Below are positions 1 to 10,523 of a stretch of 64,000 nucleotides of DNA, piece by piece; positions within the stretch are counted from its first letter, which is position 1, and each line of letters begins with the position of its first letter. The notes under the pieces were generated by a model. The model saw only the letters and a list, made by a program, of their open reading frames with translations. It did no database searches and had not been told where the DNA came from. A program made the translations under genes and the position numbers. This DNA is from a virus (Duplodnaviria > Heunggongvirae > Uroviricota > Caudoviricetes): the IMG/VR virus record IMGVR_UViG_2795385758_000004, positions 22,292 through 86,291 of that record; one strand, 5' to 3'.

Positions 1-1
1 G

Positions 2-397
2 CTGCGCCCGGCGCTGGTTGAACTCAAGGGCCATGGCGGCATCGTCGATGGGGAGTTGTCATGGGCTGAGCTGACGGTGCACCACACCGCCGATGCCAAC
101 GGCGACGCGTTCGAGGTCGTCGATGCCAGCGCCGATGATGTCACCAAGACGTTCACCATTGATTCTGGTGTCACGGAGTACACCGTGACCGCCGGCGCCG
201 ACACCACGGCCGCTATCACCACCAAGACCGCGACGGCGCTCCGCAATGCCCTGCGCGCGCTCGCGAGCGTGCAGGGGCTGCCCAGCCCCGGCGTGACCGT
301 GACCGGGCCCTCGGGAGGCCCGTTGGTGGCGGTGTTCACAGCCCCGATCACCCCGATCTCTGCGGCCGGCACCGGCGGCACCGTCACCGTCTCGTAG
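2..397 (+). CDS. C-terminal part of a virion structural protein, probably major tail subunit (5' end outside window)
   Basis: Reading frame is open from base 2, so the first M at 56 is internal. Thr/Ala/Val-rich Ig-like C-terminus. Sits immediately upstream of the tail chaperone pair, as major tail genes do in siphoviruses. Confidence 0.4.
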   Translation: MRPALVELKGHGGIVDGELSWAELTVHHTADANGDAFEVVDASADDVTKTFTIDSGVTEYTVTAGADTTAAITTKTATALRNALRALASVQGLPSPGVTVTGPSGGPLVAVFTAPITPISAAGTGGTVTVS

Positions 398-497
398 TCG
401 AAAAGCACTCGCCCCGGACGCGAACCGACTCCCGCGCCCGGGGCGGGGCACCACCTCAGCGAGTCGGCCCCTTTCCCCTGTAGCCAAGGAGTCGAAC

Positions 498-845
498 ATG
501 ACCGCACCACGTAAGAACATTCCCGCCGATGCCCCCAAACCGCAGGACCGCAAAGCCAAGAAGAGCGCGGCGGCACGCAAGGCCGAGGCAGAAGGATTCG
601 CCACCATCGAGCAGTGCGGCGTGACACTGCGATTCCCGACCAAGAACCTCCCCATGAAGGCCGTCCTGCGCTATCAGGGCCTCAACGATGATCTGACGCC
701 CATCGAGCCCAAGCAGATGATTCCGACGATGGGCCTACGGGAGCTGCTGGGCGCCGAACAGTGGTCGGCATTCCTGGCAAAGAACCCCACCATCGAAGAT
801 TTCGAGCAGGCCAGCGACAAGATAGGTGAAGTGCTGGGAAACTAG
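498..845 (+). CDS. tail assembly chaperone (G)
   Basis: 115 aa ORF directly upstream of the tape measure gene. Ends in the slippery heptamer GGGAAAC at 836-842 followed by TAG. Confidence 0.75.
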   Translation: MTAPRKNIPADAPKPQDRKAKKSAAARKAEAEGFATIEQCGVTLRFPTKNLPMKAVLRYQGLNDDLTPIEPKQMIPTMGLRELLGAEQWSAFLAKNPTIEDFEQASDKIGEVLGN

Positions 846-1225
846 TTAGCCTCTTTCGCCTGCTCGCCGAGCATGGCGATGAGATAGAGGCCGACCTAGC
901 GCAGTACTACAACGGACTCGAACTGACCGATTTGTACCGCGGCACCCTCTCTGTCCGCCGTCTGGGCGTGCTGATTCGTCAGCTGCCGCTGCGATCGCGG
1001 TTGGTGACCGCGCTCAACGGCGGTCGCCCCAAATGGACAACCATCGAGCATCTGCTCGCCGACATCTGGGCGGTGCTGGTCAAGCTGCTGGGCGACCCGG
1101 ACAAGGTGCCCGAGAACATCGACCATCCGGTACGTGCCGAGATGGCGGCAAATGAGAAATCCGAGCACAAGCGGGCGCTCAAGGAGCGCTACCTGAAACG
1201 CAAGTCTGACCGGAGACGTTCATGA
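498..1225 (+). CDS. tail assembly chaperone GT fusion via programmed -1 ribosomal frameshift at 836-842
   Basis: The -1 frame is open from GGG AAA (836) through to stop at 1225. The 932..1225 ORF in the track is its distal part. The T segment shares the IEADL...RG.L....L..L..QLP motif with the prophage B T segment. Confidence 0.6.
836..842 (+). promoter_or_regulatory. -1 frameshift slippery heptamer G_GGA_AAC
   Basis: Zero-frame codons are GGA AAC, giving the X_XXY_YYZ pattern. The -1 frame continues open across the G stop. Confidence 0.6.
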
Positions 1226-1250
1226 AACCTGTTGTGGAGGTGATACATAC

Positions 1251-3764
1251 GTGACGACCATCGGGTACGCGACACTCCAGATCATCCCGGCACTGCGGGG
1301 CGTGACCGAGGCGATCGACCAGCAGATTGACGGCAAGGTCGTCAACGTCTCTATCACGCCCAAGGTTGATCAGAAGGCCGCCGACACCGCGGGCAAGCAG
1401 GTCAAGGACACCATCGAGAAGCAGACCACCGATGTTGCGGTCAAGCCCAAGGTCGACCAGCCCGCCGCGGAGACCGCCGGCAAGCAGGCCAAAGAGACGG
1501 TCGAAAAGCACACCGGCGATGTCAAGGTCACCCCGAAAATCGAATCCGCGGCGATGGTCAACGCGGGCGCGGAGGCGGGCGCGCGGGCGGGCCGCGCCAT
1601 CGGCGAGCAGATCGCCAACACCATCCCGACCGGAATGGGCGGCATCGGTGGAACCGTCGGCAACGTGCTGCGTAGCGCTCTACCGGGCCTGGGGTCAGTG
1701 GTGGGCGCGGGCACCGGCGCGGCGATCGTGACGGCGATCCTCGATAAGGTCAGCAAAGGCAACTACACCAAGGCCGGTGAGTCCATCAAGCACAGCCTTG
1801 TTGGCGCGGTGGACAAGGCCAACGTCGGCGCCGATATTGCTGTCCGGCTGGGTAATTCGCTCTCTGGAGGCCTATCCAAGGCGTCCGACAAGATCACCGC
1901 CGTCACCGGCTCGATCACCGGCAGGATCAGTGAAGTCGGCAATGCGCTGACCACCACCAAGGAACTGATCGGCGGGGACGACGCCTGGGGTGCAGGGGCG
2001 ATCGACACACTGAACAACGCCCTGGGCACGGCAACCCCACTGCTGGAGGGGATGAACGCTGCCGCGGTGCTGGCCTCTGCTGGGGCGAACGCGATCGCGT
2101 TGGGCACCAAGGCCGCTGCTGCTGCGCAACGGTTGTGGAACCTAGCGATGACTGCCAACCCCATTGGCTTGGTGGTGACGGCTATTGCCGCATTGGCAGC
2201 TGGAATCATCTACGCGTACAACCACTCTGAAACCTTCCGCAAGATCGTTGACGCCGCCTGGGCGGCGATCAAGGTTGCCGCCGAGGCGGTCGTGAAATGG
2301 TTTATGGACACCGCATGGCCGCTGCTCAAGCGGGTGTGGGAAGGCATCGGCGAGGGCTGGAGTTGGCTGGTCACCAAGGCTGGCGAGGTCTGGACTGGCG
2401 TCAAGGAGAAGTTCACGGCGATAGTCGATTTCGTCAAAGGACTGCCGGGTGCTATCACCAACGCGGCCAAGGGTATGTGGGACGGGCTTAAGAACGGCCT
2501 GGTGGCGGTGCTCAACTGGATCGGCGATAAGTGGAATGCGGTCGCCGACACGCTGTCTATCGAGGTCGGTGGCACCAAGATCAGCGCGATACCACACATG
2601 CCCAAGTTCGACGGTGGCGGCTACACCGGCAACGTGCCGGCCCAGCAGATCGCGGGCGTGGTTCACGGCGACGAGTTCGTGATCAAGTCCAAGTCGCGCA
2701 AGGGGATTGAGAATGCCTACCCCGGCCTGCTGGACTACCTGAACAACCAGGGCAAGTTGCCCGGATATGCACAGGGCGGGTTGGTCAAGGGCACTGCCGA
2801 ACTCAGTGACATCATCTCGCAGCAGTTCAGACCGTCCGGCGGCATCGGCGGATATCGTTCTCCCGACGGCAAATTCAACGAGCACTCAACAGGCCGTGCC
2901 CTGGATGTAATGGTTGGCAACGACAAGGCCAAGGGTGATGCGGTCAAGGACTTCGTGTTATCGAATGCCGCGGCTATCGATCTGAAGTGGGCGATCTGGC
3001 GCCAACACCTGTACTACCCGGGTGGTGGCGGGTACGACATGGAGGATCGGGGCTCGCCGACCGATAACCATATGGATCACGTGCACATCTTCTCGGGTCC
3101 AGGTATCGCCAATGGCCTTCTCGGGTCGCTGCAGTCCAAGACCGCCGCGGCGGTTAACGCTGGGACTAAGGCTTCCGGCCCGCCAGTCGGTGATGCTCCC
3201 GGCGGTTCCCTTGGCGCGGAGGCGGTGAGCGCTGCCGCGCCGGGTGGTGGCTCGTCGTCCACCGGCGGCGGGTTCAATCTGCCGTCATCCCTCTCCGGGC
3301 TCTCGGGGATCGGGCTGGCCGGTATGGGCGTCACAACGCAGGTGCCCGGTCAGCCAGAGCGCACATTCGAGTTCGGCAACGCAGCTGCCGCGGCGGTCGG
3401 CGGACAGGTGTCCTCGGCGCTCGGAGTGCTCGGTGTTGGCGATTCGCCGGGCTGGCTCAAGGGAATCTCTCAATTCGTCAGCGGCATATCCGTCGGTGGT
3501 GGCGGTTCCGGTGGTGGCCTTGGCGGCGCACCCGAGGGAGCAGGCCCCGGCGCCAGATTCGGCGGCGCGACCCCCATTGCCGCGTCGGCCGCTGTGCCGG
3601 CGCCCGCAGCGCTTCCCGCGGGGGCGGCTCACGGCACGCAGGCCGGGGCACGGCCGGGGCCGGTGTTCAACACCACGATCAGCGCGTTCGACACCACTGA
3701 CGCGGTAGCGATGTGGGATCGCAGGAAAAACGAAATTGCGGCAGCGAGATTGGATAGGTACTGA
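1251..3764 (+). CDS. tape measure protein (837 aa) with embedded LAS/M15-like peptidase motif
   Basis: Long Ala/Gly-rich ORF between the chaperones and the minor tail genes. Contains a predicted hydrophobic segment. Carries NEHSTGRALD ... DHVHIF, the SxHxxGxAxD...HxH signature of zinc D-Ala-D-Ala/L-Ala-D-Glu peptidases. Confidence 0.85.
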   Translation: MTTIGYATLQIIPALRGVTEAIDQQIDGKVVNVSITPKVDQKAADTAGKQVKDTIEKQTTDVAVKPKVDQPAAETAGKQAKETVEKHTGDVKVTPKIESAAMVNAGAEAGARAGRAIGEQIANTIPTGMGGIGGTVGNVLRSALPGLGSVVGAGTGAAIVTAILDKVSKGNYTKAGESIKHSLVGAVDKANVGADIAVRLGNSLSGGLSKASDKITAVTGSITGRISEVGNALTTTKELIGGDDAWGAGAIDTLNNALGTATPLLEGMNAAAVLASAGANAIALGTKAAAAAQRLWNLAMTANPIGLVVTAIAALAAGIIYAYNHSETFRKIVDAAWAAIKVAAEAVVKWFMDTAWPLLKRVWEGIGEGWSWLVTKAGEVWTGVKEKFTAIVDFVKGLPGAITNAAKGMWDGLKNGLVAVLNWIGDKWNAVADTLSIEVGGTKISAIPHMPKFDGGGYTGNVPAQQIAGVVHGDEFVIKSKSRKGIENAYPGLLDYLNNQGKLPGYAQGGLVKGTAELSDIISQQFRPSGGIGGYRSPDGKFNEHSTGRALDVMVGNDKAKGDAVKDFVLSNAAAIDLKWAIWRQHLYYPGGGGYDMEDRGSPTDNHMDHVHIFSGPGIANGLLGSLQSKTAAAVNAGTKASGPPVGDAPGGSLGAEAVSAAAPGGGSSSTGGGFNLPSSLSGLSGIGLAGMGVTTQVPGQPERTFEFGNAAAAAVGGQVSSALGVLGVGDSPGWLKGISQFVSGISVGGGGSGGGLGGAPEGAGPGARFGGATPIAASAAVPAPAALPAGAAHGTQAGARPGPVFNTTISAFDTTDAVAMWDRRKNEIAAARLDRY

Positions 3765-5167
3765 TGGCGGTCGCGACGATCACGCTGGAATCGTCCAACG
3801 GTGACTCGGTGGTGGTGTCCGCACCCAACGATGAGTACCTGCTCGATGACATCGTGCTCGACACTGATCCGAAGGGTATGTACGACACCGGGTTTACGAT
3901 GCGCACCCAGTCGGGAGCATTCCAGCCCGGCGGGCGGCCGGTCGGCGAAGAGGTACCGATCCGCAATCCGATTCTGCCGTTCTGGCTGACCCCAGCGTCC
4001 CGCCCTCGGTTTCAAAAGCTCTGGGGCACTCCGTACAACCTGCGCAAGGTCAAGTGCACATGGGACGGACCTTCGGGCCCGCGTTTCCTGTATTTGAAGC
4101 TGGCCAAGGAGATTCAGTACACGACCGAGGATGGTTTCGACGCTGATATCGACAAGGTCTATCACGCGGTGGTCTCCGCGCACGCGTACAACCCGATGTA
4201 CGAGGGCGTCGAGGATGTTGCCGATTGGGTCAATCCGGGCAACTTCACCGTCTATCTCGCTGCCACATCTGGAACCTTCAAGCTGGGGTACGGCCCTGCC
4301 GGTGCGGCCGTCCTCACCGAGCCGATTCCATACGACGCTGACGCCGCAACCGTGCAAGCCGCACTGGAGGCGCTGTCAACCATCGGGGCCGGAAATGTCA
4401 CCGTGACCGGCGATCCCGGTCGCTGGACCGTTCGCACACCGGCAACCTGCCCCGGAATGCTCACGGTTGATGGGACATCACTTGCGCCGCTGTCGTTCTC
4501 CATCACCCTGGGCACCCTGTCCTACACGATCACCATCGGCGGCCAGACTACTGCGCCCATCGCATTCACTTCGTCAGCCTCGACGCTACGGCAAGCCATC
4601 GAGCAGCTTTCCAACATCGGCACCGGTGGGGTCACGGTGACCGCCACATTGTTCGGGTTCGCGCTGTCCTTCATGACCGGGCCGCTGAATGGATTCCTAG
4701 TCGCGTTGTTCACCGGGAAGTCCACGGCGGGCATCCACATCGCCCGCGTGGTGACCAACCCGAACACCGGGTATTTCGACGTATGGAACCCCACTGATCA
4801 AGACCTCTGGCCCGAATGGGAACTCGACCCCGCCATTCAGTGGCAGTTCCCAGACTTCGCGTTCGGGCAGGAACGTAAGTGGAACCGCCCGGTGGGCGCC
4901 GACGCGGCACGAATGATCGTCACTCCACAGCTGACCCAGATGCTGTCCGTGATGTCCGATCCGTTCATGGACACCTACCTCAGCGCCGATCTGTCGAATG
5001 CGGCGGGCCTGTTCAACGGGGTGGAACCGCTCTACCCGGTGCCCCAGTACACCGGCACCGCCGATGATCCGGTGGTGGTGCCGGTCGTGTGCCAGGGCCC
5101 TTCGGGAGCGAAGGCCACCTTGCGGCAGCGCCGTTTCTGGTCGGCGGAAAGCGGACTTGAGGCGTGA
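3764..5167 (+). CDS. minor tail protein (distal tail protein-like)
   Basis: Start ATG overlaps the TMP stop (ATGA). Homologous to the N-terminal region of the prophage B gene at 33359..35089. Confidence 0.6.
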   Translation: MAVATITLESSNGDSVVVSAPNDEYLLDDIVLDTDPKGMYDTGFTMRTQSGAFQPGGRPVGEEVPIRNPILPFWLTPASRPRFQKLWGTPYNLRKVKCTWDGPSGPRFLYLKLAKEIQYTTEDGFDADIDKVYHAVVSAHAYNPMYEGVEDVADWVNPGNFTVYLAATSGTFKLGYGPAGAAVLTEPIPYDADAATVQAALEALSTIGAGNVTVTGDPGRWTVRTPATCPGMLTVDGTSLAPLSFSITLGTLSYTITIGGQTTAPIAFTSSASTLRQAIEQLSNIGTGGVTVTATLFGFALSFMTGPLNGFLVALFTGKSTAGIHIARVVTNPNTGYFDVWNPTDQDLWPEWELDPAIQWQFPDFAFGQERKWNRPVGADAARMIVTPQLTQMLSVMSDPFMDTYLSADLSNAAGLFNGVEPLYPVPQYTGTADDPVVVPVVCQGPSGAKATLRQRRFWSAESGLEA

Positions 5168-5333
5168 GGGTCAACGCGGTCGCCTTGCACCTTGTGCCCG
5201 GCACACCCGAAACGGGACTGTGGTGCGAAATCTGCCTGCTGCCAAGCCGGTACGAGGTGGCGATATACGCGCTGGTCAGTGACAGCGCGCCGATCCACGT
5301 CGGCACCTTCAACGGCTGCGACGGGCACCAAGC

Positions 5334-7100
5334 ATGACCGTTGCAACTTTCGCCGAGCCGTTCACCGGCACCGATCACGACGACTTCGCGGCGTGGGCGC
5401 GGGAGGTGCGCGAGTATCGCATTGAGCGCGCCTACGACCCGCCGCACATCGAGCTCTACGACGGCGATTGGGTCTATCGCGGCACGGTGCGCGGCGAGCT
5501 AGGCGGGCGGGTCAATCCGATCGTCAACCAGACCGGCACCATCACGTTGCGCCTACCTATCGACCTGGACGACCGGCGCGGCACGTGGCCGGCGTTCTGG
5601 GCGCTCGACGAAGAGGCTCGCGGTACCAGCAACATCCACGTGATCGTCGAGACCATGGGCGCCCGCATCGGCGGCCGGATGAAGGCCAAAGACGGTGTGC
5701 ATATTGAGCGTGGGCCCACCGGAGACGTGGTGGTCATCGACTTCCTGGACGACATCGAAGAGCTGAAATTCGTTCACACAGCCGGCAATCCGTTCCTACC
5801 GTTGTCACTAATCCAGCAGCCGAAGGCGTGGATGCTGCTCGCGCAGGCTGATCACGGGATCTTGCTGACAATGGCGGCGAATCTACTTCGGTTGCAGCTG
5901 ACCAACATTGACATCGGCACCCTGTTCAAACTGCTCGACCCGGCCAACTGGAACATTCCCGAGCTGGTCGACACATTCCTCAACATCTGGCAGCAGTCGC
6001 AAATCGTCATCGTGCCACGCACGTTCGGCGATTCGGTGGCCCCGCTGTCGCTGGTCGTCGGCAGCATCAAGACATCGATCTTCGACGTGGCCGCGCCGAT
6101 CATGGAAGACGCAGAGCTGCAATGGGATCTGAGGCGCTGGAAGACCGGCGACCCCGAACCGTGGCCTGGCGCAGGCACCAACTGGCGCAACGGCACCCTG
6201 TTCGTCCGCATCGTCGACAAGTCAGGGTTCCGCACCGGCACATCCATCGGCGGCAACCTGGCCACGGGCCTGACCCGAACAATCGCCGATGTGCTGTCCA
6301 ACCACGTCGAGGACAGCTACAACCTGTTCACCGGGGAGACCATCGACGAGACCGGCTACCGGCTGCCCGGCATCCTCGGCACGCAGGCCGCGCACCCCTA
6401 CGTGGTGTACCGGGACGGCGATATCACCGGCATTCAAACATCGAACTTCTCGCGTTCGCCCGGTGGTGCGGGTCGCATTACCGTGGGCGGCCAGTCCATG
6501 CCCGGTGTCAACGAATTGATCAGTGCCGCAATCCAATATGGCGGTGACGTTCTTGGGGACAACATCTCTGCAACCATCAGTCTCGCCGTCGGTTTCAATA
6601 TCAGTGTCGGCTCGCTCGGTGGTGCGATCGATTCGTTCCTCAACCCGATCTACCGAGATTCGATCCTGGCGCACATGTCGGTTCCGCTGCTACTGCGGAC
6701 AAGCCGTCAGGGGTGGGGTCATTACCTGGAGACCACCAGCACCAACGTCACCCAGGCATTCACCGCGGCGAGCGTGATGGACCTGCGCAGGCGCCGGCGT
6801 GAGACCGACCCTGACACCTCGTTCACGCTGACCGTCGCCAACGCTGCGCCGTGGCTGATCGGCGACAACGGCTTTGGGCACTGGTGGAACGGTGATCGGG
6901 TCGGCGGCACCAGCAAGTACCTCATGCCGCGGGTATTCGTGCGCCGCTGCCGCTCCCTGGACATCACCTGGGGTCAGGGCAGGGCGCTGGCAGTCGAGGG
7001 CACATTCGGGGACACCCGCCAGGAAAAGGACGCGATCGAGCGTATGGCCGAACTGATGAGCCGCACCATGAGCGGCCTGCAACAGATAGGACTGTGGTGA
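5334..7100 (+). CDS. minor tail protein
   Basis: 588 aa. Homolog of the prophage B gene at 31612..33318, sharing the W.L..W..GDP.P motif. Lies inside the tail operon. Confidence 0.6.
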   Translation: MTVATFAEPFTGTDHDDFAAWAREVREYRIERAYDPPHIELYDGDWVYRGTVRGELGGRVNPIVNQTGTITLRLPIDLDDRRGTWPAFWALDEEARGTSNIHVIVETMGARIGGRMKAKDGVHIERGPTGDVVVIDFLDDIEELKFVHTAGNPFLPLSLIQQPKAWMLLAQADHGILLTMAANLLRLQLTNIDIGTLFKLLDPANWNIPELVDTFLNIWQQSQIVIVPRTFGDSVAPLSLVVGSIKTSIFDVAAPIMEDAELQWDLRRWKTGDPEPWPGAGTNWRNGTLFVRIVDKSGFRTGTSIGGNLATGLTRTIADVLSNHVEDSYNLFTGETIDETGYRLPGILGTQAAHPYVVYRDGDITGIQTSNFSRSPGGAGRITVGGQSMPGVNELISAAIQYGGDVLGDNISATISLAVGFNISVGSLGGAIDSFLNPIYRDSILAHMSVPLLLRTSRQGWGHYLETTSTNVTQAFTAASVMDLRRRRRETDPDTSFTLTVANAAPWLIGDNGFGHWWNGDRVGGTSKYLMPRVFVRRCRSLDITWGQGRALAVEGTFGDTRQEKDAIERMAELMSRTMSGLQQIGLW

Positions 7101-7513
7101 CAGAGGGTATCTCGCCCGAAGAGGCAAAAGCGCTGGCCGACAAGGTTGTCGAGTCCGAGTTCATCCCGAAGAAGATCCCGGCCGCCGACGACATCGACGC
7201 GCAGACCAAGGCTGTTGGTGGCGCGCTGGCCTCGGCATTGCTGACCGCGACGGAAATGCCGCTGCATGTGTTGCAACCGTGGGTCGCTGACTTGTCGGCC
7301 CAGCTGGTAGCACTCGGAATCCGCCAGACCGAGCATGTCGACCCCACCGCGGTGCACGCGCCGGCCTGGATCACCGATGGGGTACGCCAGGAATCGATCA
7401 AGCTGCCCGAGCAACCCCAGCACACCGAAGCCGATCCGCATGTGGAGATGACCGCCACCGCGCCCAAGTGCCCCAAGCGCATACCCAAGGCAGCCCGGGC
7501 GGTACGGCGGTGA
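7094..7513 (+). CDS. hypothetical tail-associated protein
   Basis: GTG start overlaps the upstream stop (GTGA). 139 aa within the tail operon. Confidence 0.4.
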   Translation: MVTEGISPEEAKALADKVVESEFIPKKIPAADDIDAQTKAVGGALASALLTATEMPLHVLQPWVADLSAQLVALGIRQTEHVDPTAVHAPAWITDGVRQESIKLPEQPQHTEADPHVEMTATAPKCPKRIPKAARAVRR

Positions 7514-10194
7514 CCACACCCGGCGGTGTGTCCAACCTTCCCGCTGGCGCACTGACAGTCGAGACTCTGGCCGAGAAGCTGCAGAACTTGACACCCTCAG
7601 CGATGCGCAACCGCGCCGCCGAACGCATGCCCGGCACGTTCCACAGCTCCACCGGCGGTGACCCGCTGCAAGACCTGACGCCGTTCGGGATCTTGACGAA
7701 GCTGTTCGCCGGATTCAATTCCCACGTCGCCAACGCCGACCCGAACGATATTCAGGGCCCCGAAGACCTGCCCGGCCTGCTGCTCGACTTCATCGAGAGC
7801 CTGCCCGTTGTCGGCCAGTTCGTCGGCCTGGCCGAGGCGATCATGGGCACCTACGACGGCGACGACGAAACGCTGCTGGCGATTCAACAGATCTTCATGC
7901 CGATACGCCGACTGCTCCAGCTCGCCTCGGGACAGGACGTTGGCTGGCCCACCCTAGAAGAGATTGAAGAGGGTTGGGGCAACCTGTTCGCGGCTATCGC
8001 CAAGGCGGTCAGCCAGTTCTTCAAGGGCGTTATTCCCGCGGCGTGGGTTGCTGATGTCCAGAAGGATCTCACCGACGGTGCCGGCGGATTCACCGACCCG
8101 TCGGTGGTCGACGATAACCCGGACTGGCACTACGACGCCGCGCAGAACGGGCACCTGTCGGGCAAGTCGATCTACGTCAACGCCGACGGCCATCTGTACG
8201 TGATCAGCGTCAAAGACCCTTTCGAGGTGGCACCGGGTCAGACCGTGGACATGGGCGCCTCGGCGATGTGGCAGGGCCTCGCGGCCACGGCGGGGTCCAA
8301 TCCGATTCGGTTGTGCATCACGCCGTTCGGCCCGGACGGCACCAAGCTGCCCGATATCGTCATCAAGCAGATACAGCCGGTGGCCGCGGACTCGGCATGG
8401 GTGCGTGCCAGTCTGACTGGCTCATGGACCGTCCCGGCCGATGGTTCGATCAAGTGGGCAACGGTGACATTGGTGGTCACCGAGGGCGCCTCGGGTGGGC
8501 CGGTCCATTTCTCGAACGTCGCTTCGGTGATGTCAAACCTGGGACCGGTGCTGGGTAAGTTCAGATCGTTCTTCGATGCCATTGGTGGACAAGCCAACTC
8601 GGGTATCGTGCAGTTCGAGCAGCGATTCGCCGCGATCACCGCCGACGGCAAGATCACCGCCTCGGAACTGTTGGGCCTAATCGGCCTGGGCAACATTCCG
8701 ACGTTGCCCCAGGTCAAGATCCAAGACCTGCAAACCACGTTCAATCAGTTGGGTGACATCTACAACGGCTTGGTGGTAACGCCGATCAACGGATTTGTCG
8801 CGGCCATCGCAACGTGGTTCGGGGCCAACAAGGACAAGACCCAGAAACTCACCAGCGGCGGAACCCTGTCCGTCGGAGATGTCGTCGGTAATTTCGATAT
8901 GAGCCGGGTCGACGATCTTGTCGATAACCTCGGCAACATTCTGTCTGGGGTCAAGGACGGCGCCGACGGTGTGGGCACCGGCACCACGGGCGCTATCGGG
9001 GACCGCATCAATCAGGCCAAGGACTCGCTACTGGCGCTGCTGGGCCTGTCTCAAGATGCGCTCAAAAGCGCTATCGCCGCACAGACCACGTTGCAAGAGC
9101 AGGAGACCGAGCAGAACACCGGCGACGGCAATAGCTACAGTTTCGTGTTCTCCGGGGCCGACGGTGCCGCACTGAATGCGACCGATTGGACCACCGGCCC
9201 CACGCCCGGCGATATCACCATTCGGGGCGACTCGGGATATGCGGGCGTCAAGAACGGCAACCCTGACGGTTACTTTTTCGCCAGCCCCAACTACACCTAT
9301 GCCAGCGACGGACAGTCGGCCTCATTCGTGCTCGGCAACACCCAAAACGGAAACTACTACTCCGGGGTGTTCATTCGCTGCAACGCCGATCGCACCACGG
9401 GCGCCTACTGCCTGGCCAAAGAGGGCGAGGTCCGCGTCGGCAAGTTCACCCGCTCAGGTACCAGCTGGACGTTCGCTACACCGATGACCTTTCAAGGCGG
9501 GCTCTCGTCAGTCAAACAGGGTGCCCGTATCGAAATTCGTTGCAGCGGCAACAACTTCTTTGTTCGCGTGAACGGCAAGCCGGTCACCTCCGCGACCGAT
9601 GTCGCGGGCACCATCGCCGCCGGGCCGGACTATCGATACGCCATGTTCTGTGTTCAGCGCGCAACGTCGTGGTTCACCTACGACTCCTACCGCATCGCAG
9701 CATTCGCCATGTCCGATTACAGCCCCTCGGGAGGTAGTGCCACCTTGTCGAACGCGTGGAGCCTAACCCGCTCGTCCACTTCAGGTTTCATCTACACCGA
9801 CCCCATCACCTCAGCGGGCCAGCTACCGGCGTCGTTCTTCACCTTCACCGACTACGCCAATGGCGCCACCATCACCGACCTTGGCCGAGGCGCGGTGACC
9901 GTGGACCAAGCCGGGCTCTACAAGCTGGCGACCACCTGCCGCCCATACTCGGCCAAGGGGCCGGTCACCCCGCATTGGTGCCTGTACCGCAACGACGTTC
10001 AGGTCACCGGAGCCATCGGCCCCGGCGCCGAATTCGAGATCCTGCTCAACGCGGGCGACAAGATCCAACCCGCCCTGATCGTCGTCGATTACGACGTGCG
10101 CTCAAACGGCTCCACCGGCTCGGAAACCGTTGTCTCGCGCACCATCACCCAAGTATTCGGCGTGGCCTCCTTCACCGGCCGAAAACTCATCTAA
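7510..10194 (+). CDS. large minor tail protein (putative receptor-binding / fibre protein)
   Basis: GTG at 7510 overlaps the upstream stop (GTGA). The track's start at 7468 would overlap the previous gene. Central region is 70-80% identical to prophage B 28313..30760 (AWVADV...GGAGGFTDP...AAQNGHLSGKSIY...SNPIRLCITPF). C-terminus is lectin-like. Confidence 0.65.
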   Translation: MTTPGGVSNLPAGALTVETLAEKLQNLTPSAMRNRAAERMPGTFHSSTGGDPLQDLTPFGILTKLFAGFNSHVANADPNDIQGPEDLPGLLLDFIESLPVVGQFVGLAEAIMGTYDGDDETLLAIQQIFMPIRRLLQLASGQDVGWPTLEEIEEGWGNLFAAIAKAVSQFFKGVIPAAWVADVQKDLTDGAGGFTDPSVVDDNPDWHYDAAQNGHLSGKSIYVNADGHLYVISVKDPFEVAPGQTVDMGASAMWQGLAATAGSNPIRLCITPFGPDGTKLPDIVIKQIQPVAADSAWVRASLTGSWTVPADGSIKWATVTLVVTEGASGGPVHFSNVASVMSNLGPVLGKFRSFFDAIGGQANSGIVQFEQRFAAITADGKITASELLGLIGLGNIPTLPQVKIQDLQTTFNQLGDIYNGLVVTPINGFVAAIATWFGANKDKTQKLTSGGTLSVGDVVGNFDMSRVDDLVDNLGNILSGVKDGADGVGTGTTGAIGDRINQAKDSLLALLGLSQDALKSAIAAQTTLQEQETEQNTGDGNSYSFVFSGADGAALNATDWTTGPTPGDITIRGDSGYAGVKNGNPDGYFFASPNYTYASDGQSASFVLGNTQNGNYYSGVFIRCNADRTTGAYCLAKEGEVRVGKFTRSGTSWTFATPMTFQGGLSSVKQGARIEIRCSGNNFFVRVNGKPVTSATDVAGTIAAGPDYRYAMFCVQRATSWFTYDSYRIAAFAMSDYSPSGGSATLSNAWSLTRSSTSGFIYTDPITSAGQLPASFFTFTDYANGATITDLGRGAVTVDQAGLYKLATTCRPYSAKGPVTPHWCLYRNDVQVTGAIGPGAEFEILLNAGDKIQPALIVVDYDVRSNGSTGSETVVSRTITQVFGVASFTGRKLI

Positions 10195-10216
10195 CACACC
10201 ACAGGAGAACTCACCC

Positions 10217-10522
10217 ATGACCACGCCCGAAGCACCAGCCACCGTCGATGACAACGAGGATCTGACAGACCCCCCGGCCCCCTCGCCCACCCCGGATCCA
10301 CCCGCGCCAGAACTGCCGCAAGAACCGCCCACGCCACCCCAGGCGGCGCAGATCCCCGAGCCGAGCACCACGTTCACCATGCCCGAGCTGCCCGGAATCA
10401 CCTTCGCTGTCGTGCGTGGCGGCTTGGACATCGACGGCAAGCTCAACCCGTCTTGGATTCAGATCACCGGCACTGACAGCGAGGGTGCGATAGTGTCCCG
10501 CATAGGATTCGCCGGGCCCTAA
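10217..10522 (+). CDS. Pro-rich hypothetical protein
   Basis: ATG with AGGAGA ribosome binding site at 10217. PAPSPTPDPPAPELPQEPPTPP tract. No counterpart in prophage B. Confidence 0.4.
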   Translation: MTTPEAPATVDDNEDLTDPPAPSPTPDPPAPELPQEPPTPPQAAQIPEPSTTFTMPELPGITFAVVRGGLDIDGKLNPSWIQITGTDSEGAIVSRIGFAGP

Positions 10523-10523
10523 C

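Noticed and set aside
59-655. Long antisense ORFs in the track (e.g. 59..655 -, 1370..1762 -, 2142..2885 -, 10211..11098 -, 28441..29130 -, 31432..32145 +)
   Set aside because: They lie entirely inside, and opposite to, long coherent genes with clear phage-module synteny. High-GC DNA generates long spurious antisense ORFs. Their products are Arg/Pro/Gly-rich low-complexity artefacts.
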